From: a virus
Lineage: Duplodnaviria; Caudoviricetes
Reading direction: 5' to 3' (one strand)
Virus record (IMG/VR): IMGVR_UViG_3300020044_006332
Location: 1 to 35,939 of that record
DNA length: 35,939 nucleotides
The position numbers were made by a program, and so were the translations under genes. Position 1 is the stretch's first letter; each line of letters begins with the position of its first letter. Below the pieces are notes generated by a model. The model was not told the DNA's origin. It made no database searches and saw nothing but the letters and a program-made list of their open reading frames with translations. This document shows, piece by piece, positions 1 through 9,133 of the stretch.

Positions 1-139
1 CCTGGATTTTTTTGATGCGGTCGCGTGTCATGATCTCCTGAGGGGTGAGGTAGCGGATGATGAGTGTTGGTTCGCGAGGGATGATGGCATCGCCAATCCG
101 CCCGAAAAACCAGTGGGCAAACTCGACGAAGAGGTTCAT
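1..139. repeat. Direct repeat, copy 1 (5' end of endolysin gene); matches 33810-33948
   Basis: 1-105 is identical to 33810-33914; 106-139 differs at 4 positions (106, 119, 130, 131). Defines a 33,809-bp unit. Confidence 0.97.
1..139 (-). CDS. Endolysin, 5' part (truncated by window edge)
   Basis: ATG at 139 gives MNLFVEFAHWFFGRIGDAIIPREPTLIIRYLTPQEIMTRDRIKKIQ, matching the N-terminus of 33277-33948; ATGA overlap with 136-567. Confidence 0.9.
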   Translation of the reverse strand, partial: MNLFVEFAHWFFGRIGDAIIPREPTLIIRYLTPQEIMTRDRIKKIQ

Positions 140-567
140 TCCGGGATCGGCTCTGGCTTTGGCTCCGGTGCGGGTGGTGGCTCGGGTTGCGGAAGCTGCG
201 AGACAGCAAACACGCCATCCGCGAATGTCATCTCGCGGCCCTGCTCGGCCAGCTTCTCACCCAGCGGTCGGACATCGACGACGGATGCGGGCCAAGCGAC
301 GCCAGAGTCAGCGAGCGTCGCAGCGGCTGCGGCGGATAGCTCGGTGATGGCCGCGCCGTGTTCGGCGTGCAGCGTGGTCAACTCGTTCAGCCCCGCCGGT
401 CCCTGCTCGTTCGCGAACGCTGCCAGATCGGCGTCATCGAGCGCCAGCACGTCGCGGACGATGGCGTTGAGGTGACTCGCGGCGGCGTTGTAATTGCCCG
501 CGAGATGTTGGACGCGGGCGAGGATGGATGCCGCTGCGGCGGCGGATTTGGATTGGATGAGGGGCAT
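136..567 (-). CDS. Hypothetical protein after the tail fibre (possible fibre chaperone), Pro/Glu-rich C-terminus
   Basis: 143-aa ORF in the operon; a diverged homologue of its C-terminus at 35779-35939 keeps the frame, which supports coding status. Confidence 0.75.
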   Translation of the reverse strand: MPLIQSKSAAAAASILARVQHLAGNYNAAASHLNAIVRDVLALDDADLAAFANEQGPAGLNELTTLHAEHGAAITELSAAAAATLADSGVAWPASVVDVRPLGEKLAEQGREMTFADGVFAVSQLPQPEPPPAPEPKPEPIPE

Positions 568-572
568 GGTGG

Positions 573-1907
573 TTATCCGTTGATTCTTCGGGCGCGGAGG
601 AATGCACCGGCGCGGCGGGTGATGGTCGCTCCAGAAACGTCAGTGTTTCGCGCAAAAGTCATCGCGAGCGATGTCGAGCCAGTGAGGTTGACGGTAAAAC
701 TTCCAGTGTATTGCGCATTAGGGGTATTGTTTCGCGCCAGCATGGGGATTACTCCAGTGGACAAGTTGAACCTCAAGCTGTTAATTCCTTGATTCAAATG
801 GTAGTAATATCCTACGTCGCAAAGATTTGTTAAATCCACGTTTGCTGGTGTGCCGAATAGTAAATTAGGCAAGACCCCGCCAGCTCCTGCGCTGAAAGAA
901 AAGTAAAAGTGAATCTCCCAAATGCCAGCGGTCAGGTTGATGCCCGTTAGCACATCGTCGGCGGCTTGAGCGGCTGGATTCGTCCGGGTCGCTGCGGCGT
1001 TGGGATCGTATTTCAGGATTTCGTTCAGCGCGGTAACCCTCGCCGCTGCTGGTGTCGCCGCCGTGAACAGCTCGTCGCCGGTCGCTGCTCCACCGTTGAG
1101 GGCGAAGCGGTGCGCGGATGCTGCCGCGGCGTCGTTGTAAACAAACGTCGCGCCAGCGGCAGCTTGGTAATCCTCGAACCGAATTTCGCTGGCGATCCCG
1201 ATGGCCATGTTGACGGTGCCCGCGAAATCTGCACCACCGCTTGCATCCCGCCGCACCAGCGTGCTTGCCGTCGCGTCCGATGCGCTCAAGCCGTTCACCT
1301 TGACGATCACCGCGCCGTTGTTCGCGTTCGCCCGCTCGACTCTCGCCACCGGCTGCGCTCGTGCTGTTGGTGGCGTTGCCGTGAATCCTCCACCCGACGC
1401 GACGTAAAGTTCGGCATTGACGGAATAAGCCGCCGTGTTCAGTTCCGTGATCGTGCCGACAATGACCATGTGGCCGTTATTATGGATCGTCACTCCCGCG
1501 TCCATGATGCCGATTGCCGGCATCTTCGCCGCGTTGCTAGCGTCGGCCTTGGAGACGATGGGGATCAGCGTCGAGCCGCTGCCGTGCGAGCCTGAGACGT
1601 AGACCGGATCACCCTTGGCGAGGTTCTCACCTGCGCGCACGTGGGCGTAGACGCTCCCGGCAAGGTTCCCGTGGATGTGGTCTGCCGTCAGCGTTCCACT
1701 CACGGTTGCCGTCGCCGTGGTGACGTTGAGCAGGTCAAGATCAGCCGTGCCGTCGCTGGTGGTCGCGCTGGTTACTGAGTTCGACCCGCCGCCGCCGGTT
1801 CCAGCTGGTCCTTGCCGGATCTCGACGACGGCCACAGTTGACGGCTGCGCGACCGCTACGGTGTCGATCACGGATGGCTGGGCGATTTCGACGATCTGGA
1901 TGCTCAT
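573..1907 (-). CDS. Tail fibre / receptor-binding protein (444 aa)
   Basis: Start reassigned to MSIQIVEIAQPS (ATGA overlap with the stop of 1904-2233); Ala/Gly/Thr-rich; RAGENLAKGDPVYVSG..KADA..PAIG fibre-type module; lower-GC C-terminal region; last position in the tail module. Confidence 0.7.
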   Translation of the reverse strand: MSIQIVEIAQPSVIDTVAVAQPSTVAVVEIRQGPAGTGGGGSNSVTSATTSDGTADLDLLNVTTATATVSGTLTADHIHGNLAGSVYAHVRAGENLAKGDPVYVSGSHGSGSTLIPIVSKADASNAAKMPAIGIMDAGVTIHNNGHMVIVGTITELNTAAYSVNAELYVASGGGFTATPPTARAQPVARVERANANNGAVIVKVNGLSASDATASTLVRRDASGGADFAGTVNMAIGIASEIRFEDYQAAAGATFVYNDAAAASAHRFALNGGAATGDELFTAATPAAARVTALNEILKYDPNAAATRTNPAAQAADDVLTGINLTAGIWEIHFYFSFSAGAGGVLPNLLFGTPANVDLTNLCDVGYYYHLNQGINSLRFNLSTGVIPMLARNNTPNAQYTGSFTVNLTGSTSLAMTFARNTDVSGATITRRAGAFLRARRING

Positions 1908-2233
1908 ACGCGAGGGACGATTTGGCGGAATACGATTGGACCGGACTCGATCGGGATCACGCCGCCGGCAGGAGTCACGAGGACAAGTCCCCAGACGTAA
2001 GCGCCTGGCTCGATTAAAGCCGTCACCTCGTCGGCGATGCTCACCGAGATGATGCCGTTGGCCGGCGTCGGGATTGTCGGCGCAAGGTTGAGTGTGATCG
2101 TCGAGCTTGAGATGGTCGGGCGAACCTCTGCACGTGCCGTGTAGCCGGTGAGGTTGACAGCATCGCCGTTCTCGTCCTTGCAGCTGAAGCTGAGGCTTAG
2201 GGTTGCTCCTGAGTAGGCGTTGACCTTCGTCAT
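1904..2233 (-). CDS. Small beta-sandwich tail/baseplate accessory protein (BppU-N-like)
   Basis: GATLSLSF..KDENGDAVNLTGYTARAEVR...G.YVWGLVL pattern typical of fibre-attachment beta-sandwich proteins. Confidence 0.7.
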   Translation of the reverse strand: MTKVNAYSGATLSLSFSCKDENGDAVNLTGYTARAEVRPTISSSTITLNLAPTIPTPANGIISVSIADEVTALIEPGAYVWGLVLVTPAGGVIPIESGPIVFRQIVPRV

Positions 2234-2940
2234 GGGCGGACCTTACCGGATTCCGTGATTCGGTCAATTCCCGATGCGAAGCGCCGCATTTCAAGCGCAA
2301 CCTGAAGCTGCCGATCGGTCCATCCTCGTGTCGGAGGATTGCCGAAGGTCAGCGCGGCGAACCGCTCAGGCCGGTCCACCGGCGAGCCAATCGGAACCGC
2401 TGCCAGCCCGCAGCCGGCCGGATCGTGGTCGATCATCTCGAAGGCGTGGCCGGTCGCCCGGATCGCCGACCAGATCGTCAGATCTTCCGGCGCCGCCGGG
2501 TCGTTCGGCATCCCGCGCAGGATCGCCAGCGCGGCAGTGATCGTTTCGCGGCGGATCGAGTAGCAAGCACCGAAGGCGTCGCGCCGGTTCGTGCCGGTCG
2601 AGCAGCACCCGACATTGCCGGCGGCGAATGCGTCAGGTGCGACGAGCAGGGTGTCGGCGTCGATCTTCGCGACGACATCGGCGCCGGTCGAGAGCATCGA
2701 CTCAAGGATCCCGATTGCGCAGGCGGTTCCGTTGAGGTTGCCGCGCCTGGCGAATGTCGTGGCGTGGTAGGCCGCGCCCATGCGCCAGAGGCTGCCCTGC
2801 ACCCATCCCGGCAGCCGGTGGCCGGCGTCGTCGAAGACCCATGAGCGGACGCCGAGCTGCGTCAGGTGGCGCACGCACTCGATCACCGGCAGCGCGTCGC
2901 CACCGTAGGCGAAGACGGCAGCGTTCAGGCTGGCCGCCAT
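2230..2940 (-). CDS. Glycosyltransferase-like protein (GT-A / GT2-like, 236 aa)
   Basis: Start reassigned to MAASLNAAVFAY; motifs WVFDDA, VAKIDADTLL (DxD), GACYSIRR and PEDL. Confidence 0.6.
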   Translation of the reverse strand: MAASLNAAVFAYGGDALPVIECVRHLTQLGVRSWVFDDAGHRLPGWVQGSLWRMGAAYHATTFARRGNLNGTACAIGILESMLSTGADVVAKIDADTLLVAPDAFAAGNVGCCSTGTNRRDAFGACYSIRRETITAALAILRGMPNDPAAPEDLTIWSAIRATGHAFEMIDHDPAGCGLAAVPIGSPVDRPERFAALTFGNPPTRGWTDRQLQVALEMRRFASGIDRITESGKVRP

Positions 2941-3899
2941 GTGATCGGCCCGAGTTGGATCTGAGTGACGGTGCCGGTGCCGTTGCTGTAGGCGATCGGC
3001 ACCGAGACAGCGGTGGCAGAGTTGGCCGGCAGGCTGGCTGCGAAGAACGGCCCGGTGACGCCGGTGCATTCGTCGCTGCCATTGATCGCGAGTGTGACGT
3101 AGAGGTAGCCTGCGACGGGGTAGGCGCGGCCTTCGTAAATCTGCGCGTAGAACGTGTTCCCGCTCCCGTAGGTCGTCGCGCCGTAGGCTGTCGAGATCCA
3201 TGCTGCGCCGGTCACGTCGTAGATACGGTCAGGATCTGCGGCGCGCTCCAGCACGACGTCGGTGCCGTCATCAATCTCGCCCGCCCCGGTGCCGTCGATG
3301 GTGATTGTCCAGTCGGGATCGACATCGGACTCCCACGACTGCCAGCCGGTGCGCGTGTAGGCTCCGACCTGCACGGTGGTGTCGTCGCAGACCAACTCGG
3401 CAGGGCGCTTCGGCCATGTGTCGGCGCTGCCTTCGTAGGTGGTCGCGATCGTGAATGGAGTCCCGCCGTTGTAGGTGGTCTCGCCGTAGGCAGTCGCGTT
3501 GAAGGTTCCATACGGTGCGACGGTGGTGGTTGCTGCCATCGTCGCGACAACGTCGGTGTCATCCTCGATGTCAGCATCGCCAGTGCCAGGGTCGAAGGTC
3601 ATCGTGAATCCGCCGCTCGTCCAGACATCCGGCTCCGACGACTTGAAGAACCCATCAGGGACCAGCGTGCCGAGCACGGTAGATGTGGCTTTGACGTTCG
3701 TCCCGCTGCCTCCATGAAATCCGCCGAGGCCACGGGAAGCGGTCATCAGCGCGAGCGTCGGGTCTTGCAGCGCGACAGCGTTCGTCGATCCGCCGGTAGT
3801 GAAGTAGGCGGTCGTGCCGTTCAGCGCGATGACGATCCCGCCCTGCATGTAGAGGTTCCCGAACTCATCGACGGCGGCTGAAAATGGGGCGGCTGTCAT
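2925..3899 (-). CDS. Tail-associated structural protein (324 aa)
   Basis: Thr/Gly-rich, beta-rich ORF contiguous with the tail genes. Confidence 0.6.
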   Translation of the reverse strand: MTAAPFSAAVDEFGNLYMQGGIVIALNGTTAYFTTGGSTNAVALQDPTLALMTASRGLGGFHGGSGTNVKATSTVLGTLVPDGFFKSSEPDVWTSGGFTMTFDPGTGDADIEDDTDVVATMAATTTVAPYGTFNATAYGETTYNGGTPFTIATTYEGSADTWPKRPAELVCDDTTVQVGAYTRTGWQSWESDVDPDWTITIDGTGAGEIDDGTDVVLERAADPDRIYDVTGAAWISTAYGATTYGSGNTFYAQIYEGRAYPVAGYLYVTLAINGSDECTGVTGPFFAASLPANSATAVSVPIAYSNGTGTVTQIQLGPITWRPA

Positions 3900-3901
3900 C
3901 G

Positions 3902-5695
3902 TCAGTTGATCGTGATGTTGGTCTGCGGGGTCTGCCTCACTTTGCCGCCGAGGACACCGAACGCGAAGCGGGCCGGTGCGCCGATCTCGATGTCGAGCGA
4001 CTGGCCGGCGAGGTCGTAGGTGACGGCGCGAGGTAGAGCGTCGGCGGTTGCGAGGCTGGTTTGAGCGCCCGAGATTCGGAACTTGTATTGCAGGAAGTTC
4101 GTCAACCCGCCGAGGCTGTTGACGATGATCCGAATCGAGCCTTCGTAGGGGTCGAAGTTCTGCGCAGAAAGCAGATTGGAAGCGAGTCCGGTCGGAGGCG
4201 CGAGGTATTCGTAGTCCTGAACCTTGTAGATCGTCTGCGGAGAGGAATACGTCGAGGTGGTCAGGATGGCATCCACCTCGAAGTCGAGGTAGAGGAAGTC
4301 GATGTCAGTTGAATCCGCCTTGCCGACTACTGCCTTTGATGTCCCGGAGAAATACAGGATCGGGCTTTGCCGGGTCCACGGGAACGCCTGTGACCATAGC
4401 GGCTCAACTGCTGCCGCCACCGGCACCGAGTTGAACGTCGCCTTGGTTGTGATCACCTGCACGCGGTAGAGACGGCCAGTGATTTTTACCCTCTGGGCGT
4501 TGGCGTAAACTCTCGTCGCCCAGTCTGGGGTGTCGGCCAGGATCACGAGGTTCTTGCCCGTGAATGACGAAATGATCGTTCCGGTCTCGGCATCACGAAC
4601 CTGATACGCAGGCTGCTGAATGCTCTGATGACTGGTGACGCTGTCCACCGGCTGCCGGTTGAAATACCAAAGGGATTCGCCATTCGCGAGCGTCACGTCG
4701 GTCGTTCCCTCGCGTGGAGAGTTCGAGAAATTCTTCCGGCTCTCTGCCACCTGCGGGATCAAAGCGATGATCGCGTTGCGGATGTTCGTCGAGGTGTTGA
4801 GCGGCTTGGTCTGCGCAATGAACGTCTGGTAGTCGTCAGGCGGAAGGAACGTGTCGAGTTCCTTGCCCGACAGCCCGATGGTCTGGATCCTTCCGGTCAC
4901 GGCTGATCCTGCTGCCTGCTCGGCGAACTCCGGGCGACCGTCAGCCGCAGGAGATGTGCGGCGGCGGGTGTATTTGATCACCACTTGCGACGGCTTCAGG
5001 TCGGGCCGGCCGGTCAGGTCGAAGTCAACGAGCTGAGGCGATCCGACAGCGAGCGTCACCGGCGACATCCCGGTTCGGCGGGACAAGTTGAAGGACGGTG
5101 TCCCGCTGCCGCTGTAGTCCCACCAGCCGACGCAGTCCGGCACCCACCGCATGAGTTCCGCGAGGACATCCGCGCAGGTCATCATGCTGAGTTGCAGCTT
5201 CGGGATCGTGAAGGTCGTGGCGATCGTGCCGATAATCATCGGCGCTCCGAGCGCGATGGCCCGATTGAGCAGCGCCTCGATGTTCGCCTTCACCGTGGAT
5301 TCGTTGAAGACGATGGTCGGGCGGTCGTCCGTGTTGGTTCCGCTGGAAACGCTGCTGGTGATGTCGATCTTCTGGAGGAACTGCCACGGGCCTTCAGCAA
5401 CCACCTGCACGCCGTAGTTCGTGACGCGGGCCTGCGTAACCCATCCTCGAAACTGGCGACTGGCCGGGACTCCTCCAGCTGCCGGGATCCACAGCTCCAC
5501 CCGCTGCCCGACATCAGGAATGATCGAGTCGCCGGCGTCGAGATCTTCGGTGCGGCAGGTCCATTGAAGGACATCCGGCCCGAGGTTCTCAAACCGCAGC
5601 GTCGCGTTCACCGCCTTCAGATCGCTGCCGAGCGCGTGGTCCGATGCGTCGAGCGTCTTGCCCGATTCTCCCTTGATGACGTATTCGAATGACAT
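3902..5695 (-). CDS. Tail tip / baseplate hub-like protein (597 aa)
   Basis: Directly after the tape measure gene; FRGWVT-like hub motif; long ORF with genome-typical codon use. Confidence 0.6.
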   Translation of the reverse strand: MSFEYVIKGESGKTLDASDHALGSDLKAVNATLRFENLGPDVLQWTCRTEDLDAGDSIIPDVGQRVELWIPAAGGVPASRQFRGWVTQARVTNYGVQVVAEGPWQFLQKIDITSSVSSGTNTDDRPTIVFNESTVKANIEALLNRAIALGAPMIIGTIATTFTIPKLQLSMMTCADVLAELMRWVPDCVGWWDYSGSGTPSFNLSRRTGMSPVTLAVGSPQLVDFDLTGRPDLKPSQVVIKYTRRRTSPAADGRPEFAEQAAGSAVTGRIQTIGLSGKELDTFLPPDDYQTFIAQTKPLNTSTNIRNAIIALIPQVAESRKNFSNSPREGTTDVTLANGESLWYFNRQPVDSVTSHQSIQQPAYQVRDAETGTIISSFTGKNLVILADTPDWATRVYANAQRVKITGRLYRVQVITTKATFNSVPVAAAVEPLWSQAFPWTRQSPILYFSGTSKAVVGKADSTDIDFLYLDFEVDAILTTSTYSSPQTIYKVQDYEYLAPPTGLASNLLSAQNFDPYEGSIRIIVNSLGGLTNFLQYKFRISGAQTSLATADALPRAVTYDLAGQSLDIEIGAPARFAFGVLGGKVRQTPQTNITIN

Positions 5696-5697
5696 GG

Positions 5698-7026
5698 TCA
5701 GTTGCCGGATCGGATCCGGGATTGAATCGCTTCAAACTGCAAAGCCTGCTGCTGCAATCGCTGAGTCATCAGCTTCTGATTTTCGAGTGCTGCATTGTTG
5801 GCTCTTTCTAGCTCCTTGAAACTCGCCCGAATCTCAGCATCAGCGGCGTCTCTGCTGCTCTTGACCTGCTGGATCGCGGTGGCCACGGCCTGCATCTCCT
5901 CGGGAGTTACCACGCCATCCTTCAACGCATCGGTAAGGATCTTCAGTGCTTCCTTGCCGCCGGCTGACAGCGTCTTGCCCTGCTCTGCTGCTTCAGTTTC
6001 CAGCGTTGTCTTCGCTGCTTCAGCCGCTTCGGTTAATGATGTCTTCGCTGATGCAACGACTTCGGATTGCTGCGTGACGGCTTCCGATGCAATCGCTGCC
6101 TTCGCCGCTTCAGCTTCGGTGCGCACGGTCTCCACCTCTGCGATGGAATCAGCCACGGCATCCTGCGCTTCCTGCGCTGCCGTGCTTAGTGCTTCGATTT
6201 CATCCCGAGTTCCAGTCTGGCCCTGTGCCAAGGCAGAAACAGCCGCTTCATAAGATCGCTGCGCCGCCTGCAACTTCTGCTCGGCATCAAGAACCCGTTG
6301 GTCTTGCGATGCTCCTGCCGCTGCTCCTTGACGGCTTGCAGCAGCAGCAGCAACAGCCGCAGGATCGGCACCGTTCGCAATGGCAATCGCATCAGCAGAT
6401 TTTGCGCGAGCCTCTTCCAAATCCGCGAGCGACTTCACGACTCGCATCTGCCGTTCATAGGCGCCGGTCTGCGCGTCAATGGCTGATTTTTCAGCCGCGA
6501 GGTAATTACTGACCCGCTTGCTGCTTGCCTCGGCCAGCAACTTGTCGCGCTTTGCAATGGTCTCTTGATACAGTGACTCCTGCCGGATCACTTCCAACTG
6601 GCTTTCTTTCAGCCCAAGAAGGTCGGCCTTGTAGTCCGTGAAGGCATCGGCCACGTAGTCGAACGGGCTGGTCAGGAAATCAGCGAACTCCAGTCCGATG
6701 CTCTCGAAGCCGCGCAGCTCCACGCCCAGCTCCTTGTATTGGCGGATCACGTCCACCGTCAGTGCCGCCACCTGTCTGGCGCTCGCTGCCAGCGCTGCAC
6801 CTGCTGCCAGCCGCAGACGCGTGCTATCCTGCGCCGCCTGCTGAGCTTCCTTTTCGGCAGCCAGCTCTTTCACCTGCTGTTCCACCCGGCGCTCGCTTGC
6901 CTTCTTCTGGGCTGCGGCGAGGTCTTCCTGTTGCTGCTCGATGCTTCCAATTGCCGCGACCGTTTCCTTTGCTCCGGTCGTGTCGGCCGTGGTCGAGATC
7001 TGGATGTTGACCTTCTTCGATGCCAT
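5698..7026 (-). CDS. Tail tape measure protein (442 aa)
   Basis: MASKKVNIQISTTADTTGAK N-terminus, Ala/Glu/Gln-rich helical composition, position in the tail operon. Confidence 0.7.
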   Translation of the reverse strand: MASKKVNIQISTTADTTGAKETVAAIGSIEQQQEDLAAAQKKASERRVEQQVKELAAEKEAQQAAQDSTRLRLAAGAALAASARQVAALTVDVIRQYKELGVELRGFESIGLEFADFLTSPFDYVADAFTDYKADLLGLKESQLEVIRQESLYQETIAKRDKLLAEASSKRVSNYLAAEKSAIDAQTGAYERQMRVVKSLADLEEARAKSADAIAIANGADPAAVAAAAASRQGAAAGASQDQRVLDAEQKLQAAQRSYEAAVSALAQGQTGTRDEIEALSTAAQEAQDAVADSIAEVETVRTEAEAAKAAIASEAVTQQSEVVASAKTSLTEAAEAAKTTLETEAAEQGKTLSAGGKEALKILTDALKDGVVTPEEMQAVATAIQQVKSSRDAADAEIRASFKELERANNAALENQKLMTQRLQQQALQFEAIQSRIRSGN

Positions 7027-7029
7027 CTT

Positions 7030-7728
7030 TTAGGGAGAGGTGATGCGGCCGGAAATGCTAACGGAAAGCCGAACCGTCGCGCCTTGATGCGCTGCGGACA
7101 CAATGGCCTCCGCGTCGTAGATGGTCAATGACGGGGTGATCGTGGTGCCAGCAGTGAAGACAGGCGTGCCGGTGGCCGGCGAGACTGGAGTCCATACAGC
7201 GGCGAGGTCGGGTGTGGCGACGTTGGAGGATGACTCCCAGATGCTGATCGCCAGCGGGGAAAGCACATCCACGCGGATTAGCAGCCATTTCAACGCGCCG
7301 GAATCCCAGCTGATGTATGAATAGCCCACCGCGCCGTATATCCCTTTCTCGTAGACCGGCTTGCCATTGAAGATCTCGCGGAACGTGTAAGTGCCGCCCG
7401 CCGCAGGCGACAACGTCCCGGTCACCACCATAGTCGGCACCTCCTGCCCGATGACCGCGGTTGCACTCGTCTGGTTGATCAGGTCGGACGGCAGCCCGAG
7501 GATGTAGGCCTGCGCGAGTGCCAGGCTTGCGAACGTCTGCGACGAATCGAACGACACCGAGATCGAAGCGCCAGGGCGGGCGTATTGCCGCGCCTCGTTG
7601 ACGCCGATGTAGGCCACCCGCTCGAACGACGGCTGCACGTCGATCCGCAGGCCGGAGGTCTCGGATGTGCGCCCGAGACCGCCGGCTAACTCCACCACGG
7701 TCGCGCCGATGGTCAGGTTGCAGATCAT
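7030..7728 (-). CDS. Tail protein, possibly distal-tail (Dit)-like with an inserted aromatic-rich domain
   Basis: 232 aa between the tail tube and tape measure genes; central Trp/Tyr-rich segment (GTYTFREIFNGKPVYEKG...W..W). Confidence 0.5.
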   Translation of the reverse strand: MICNLTIGATVVELAGGLGRTSETSGLRIDVQPSFERVAYIGVNEARQYARPGASISVSFDSSQTFASLALAQAYILGLPSDLINQTSATAVIGQEVPTMVVTGTLSPAAGGTYTFREIFNGKPVYEKGIYGAVGYSYISWDSGALKWLLIRVDVLSPLAISIWESSSNVATPDLAAVWTPVSPATGTPVFTAGTTITPSLTIYDAEAIVSAAHQGATVRLSVSISGRITSP

Positions 7729-8645
7729 GGGGCGGCGACAGCGGCGACCGTGAAGAGATCAACCGGAGCGCCAGTGTTGAAGGTGCGCTTTGCGGCGAGC
7801 GTGACCTGCCCGAGCCGGTTGTCAGTCGGCGAGAACCGGTTCTGGAGGTCGAGCAACTGCACGGCTGCGCAGTCGAAGTTCAGGCCGCCCACGGTTGCTG
7901 TCGAGATGTCGAGAGTGGACGATGCCAACTCTTCGCCGGCGTCGAGCGATCCGAAGAACGTGTCGAAGCTGGTCTTCGAGATCCCGGTCGGAATGAAGGT
8001 GATCGTCGCGCCGAGGTTCTGGAGGCTCATGTCCACCGTGCCGATGCCGTCCACGCTGATCGGATTCAAGCCAAGCTCGAAGGCGATCTCGAACCCGCCT
8101 TCTGAGAAGAACGGGCCGATGGATCCGCCGAGGGTCGCCCGGTATGGTGCCGTGATCAGCTTCGTGGCGTCGAACGCTGCGCCGATCGGGTTGCCGCCGG
8201 CCACCGAGTAGTAATCGGCCAAGGTCGCCGGATCGCCGCCGATGTCGAGCAGTCCGGTGAACTGGACGCTGCCGAAGGCGGTGTTGTTCGCGCTGCACCT
8301 GATGCTCGGCATCTGCGTGATCGCTGCGTTGTTGACGGTGTAGGTGCCATCGGTTGCGACGATGACGAGCGGCTTGTCAGTGCCTCCGTAGATGCCTGCG
8401 CCCATTGCGGTGTTGCCGTAGGGAAACAGCACGGTGAGGTGCTCGATCTCGCCGATCGGCTCAAACTCGACGACGATCTGGAGGTCGGTCTTCGCCTTGC
8501 CGACGACGCCGTAAGCGTCGGTTTCCTTGTCGAAGGTCGCGTTGGTCAAGGTCAGCGCGACGCCGCCCTTGCTGTAGAATGTCGCGCCGTCGTAGGTGAT
8601 TTTGCACGGGCCGCGAACGATAGTGGTTCTGTCGAAGGTGGGCAT
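7725..8645 (-). CDS. Major tail (tube) protein (306 aa)
   Basis: IVRGPCKITYDG..FYSKGGV N-terminus typical of tail tube proteins; follows the neck genes. Confidence 0.7.
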   Translation of the reverse strand: MPTFDRTTIVRGPCKITYDGATFYSKGGVALTLTNATFDKETDAYGVVGKAKTDLQIVVEFEPIGEIEHLTVLFPYGNTAMGAGIYGGTDKPLVIVATDGTYTVNNAAITQMPSIRCSANNTAFGSVQFTGLLDIGGDPATLADYYSVAGGNPIGAAFDATKLITAPYRATLGGSIGPFFSEGGFEIAFELGLNPISVDGIGTVDMSLQNLGATITFIPTGISKTSFDTFFGSLDAGEELASSTLDISTATVGGLNFDCAAVQLLDLQNRFSPTDNRLGQVTLAAKRTFNTGAPVDLFTVAAVAAP

Positions 8646-8648
8646 AAT

Positions 8649-9131
8649 TTATCGGGTTGGAATGGAGTTGGAAAGTCCGATGGGGATCGTGAATTGCAGA
8701 GCCTGCTGGAGCATCGAGTCGTTGGCCTGCTGGCTCATACCGGCGAAGAGCAGCACGCCACCAGACAGCGGGGCGTCGTCACGGTCGGCAGGCTGGAGAT
8801 GGTGGAGCAGCCGGGAGACGGCTTCCGCGATCTCTGTGCATGACGGGCCGGGGCGGGCCTTGGATCGCCAGATGCTCGGGATCTCCGACACGGTCACCTG
8901 GAACGTGGCAGTCGTCAGGTAGGGGCCGGGCGTGTTGTCGGTGTCGGTCTCGCCGGATGCGAAGTTCACCATCACGAAAGCGCCGGCCTTCTGCGCCGCG
9001 TTGACGATCTCGTTCTCGATGTTCTTCTGGTCCTCCACGAGGACAGGGATCACCGGCACCGTGCGGAAATACTCGGAGTCGCGGAGGTGTTCCGCGATGC
9101 TCTCGACGATCTGGCGGATGAGGGATGCCAT
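8649..9131 (-). CDS. Tail terminator / completion protein (putative)
   Basis: 160 aa between the adaptor and tail tube genes; size and synteny only. Confidence 0.55.
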   Translation of the reverse strand: MASLIRQIVESIAEHLRDSEYFRTVPVIPVLVEDQKNIENEIVNAAQKAGAFVMVNFASGETDTDNTPGPYLTTATFQVTVSEIPSIWRSKARPGPSCTEIAEAVSRLLHHLQPADRDDAPLSGGVLLFAGMSQQANDSMLQQALQFTIPIGLSNSIPTR

Positions 9132-9133
9132 GT

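Noticed and set aside
136-1907. Diversity-generating retroelement acting on the tail fibre (BPP-1-like capsid, near-repeats at both ends)
   Set aside because: No reverse transcriptase gene was found, and mismatches between the repeat copies are not adenine-specific.
136-2300. Invertase-driven tail fibre switching as in Mu G or P1 C segments
   Set aside because: No invertase gene or inverted crossover sites were seen; the alternative cassettes are in direct orientation.
1908-2300. Long N-terminal extensions in the ORF track (573-2300, 2230-3201, 9648-10364, 15625-17112, 17209-18297, 18478-20358, 33945-35870)
   Set aside because: Most overlap genuine upstream genes in another frame; downstream ATGs with ATGA coupling or C/A-rich leaders fit better.
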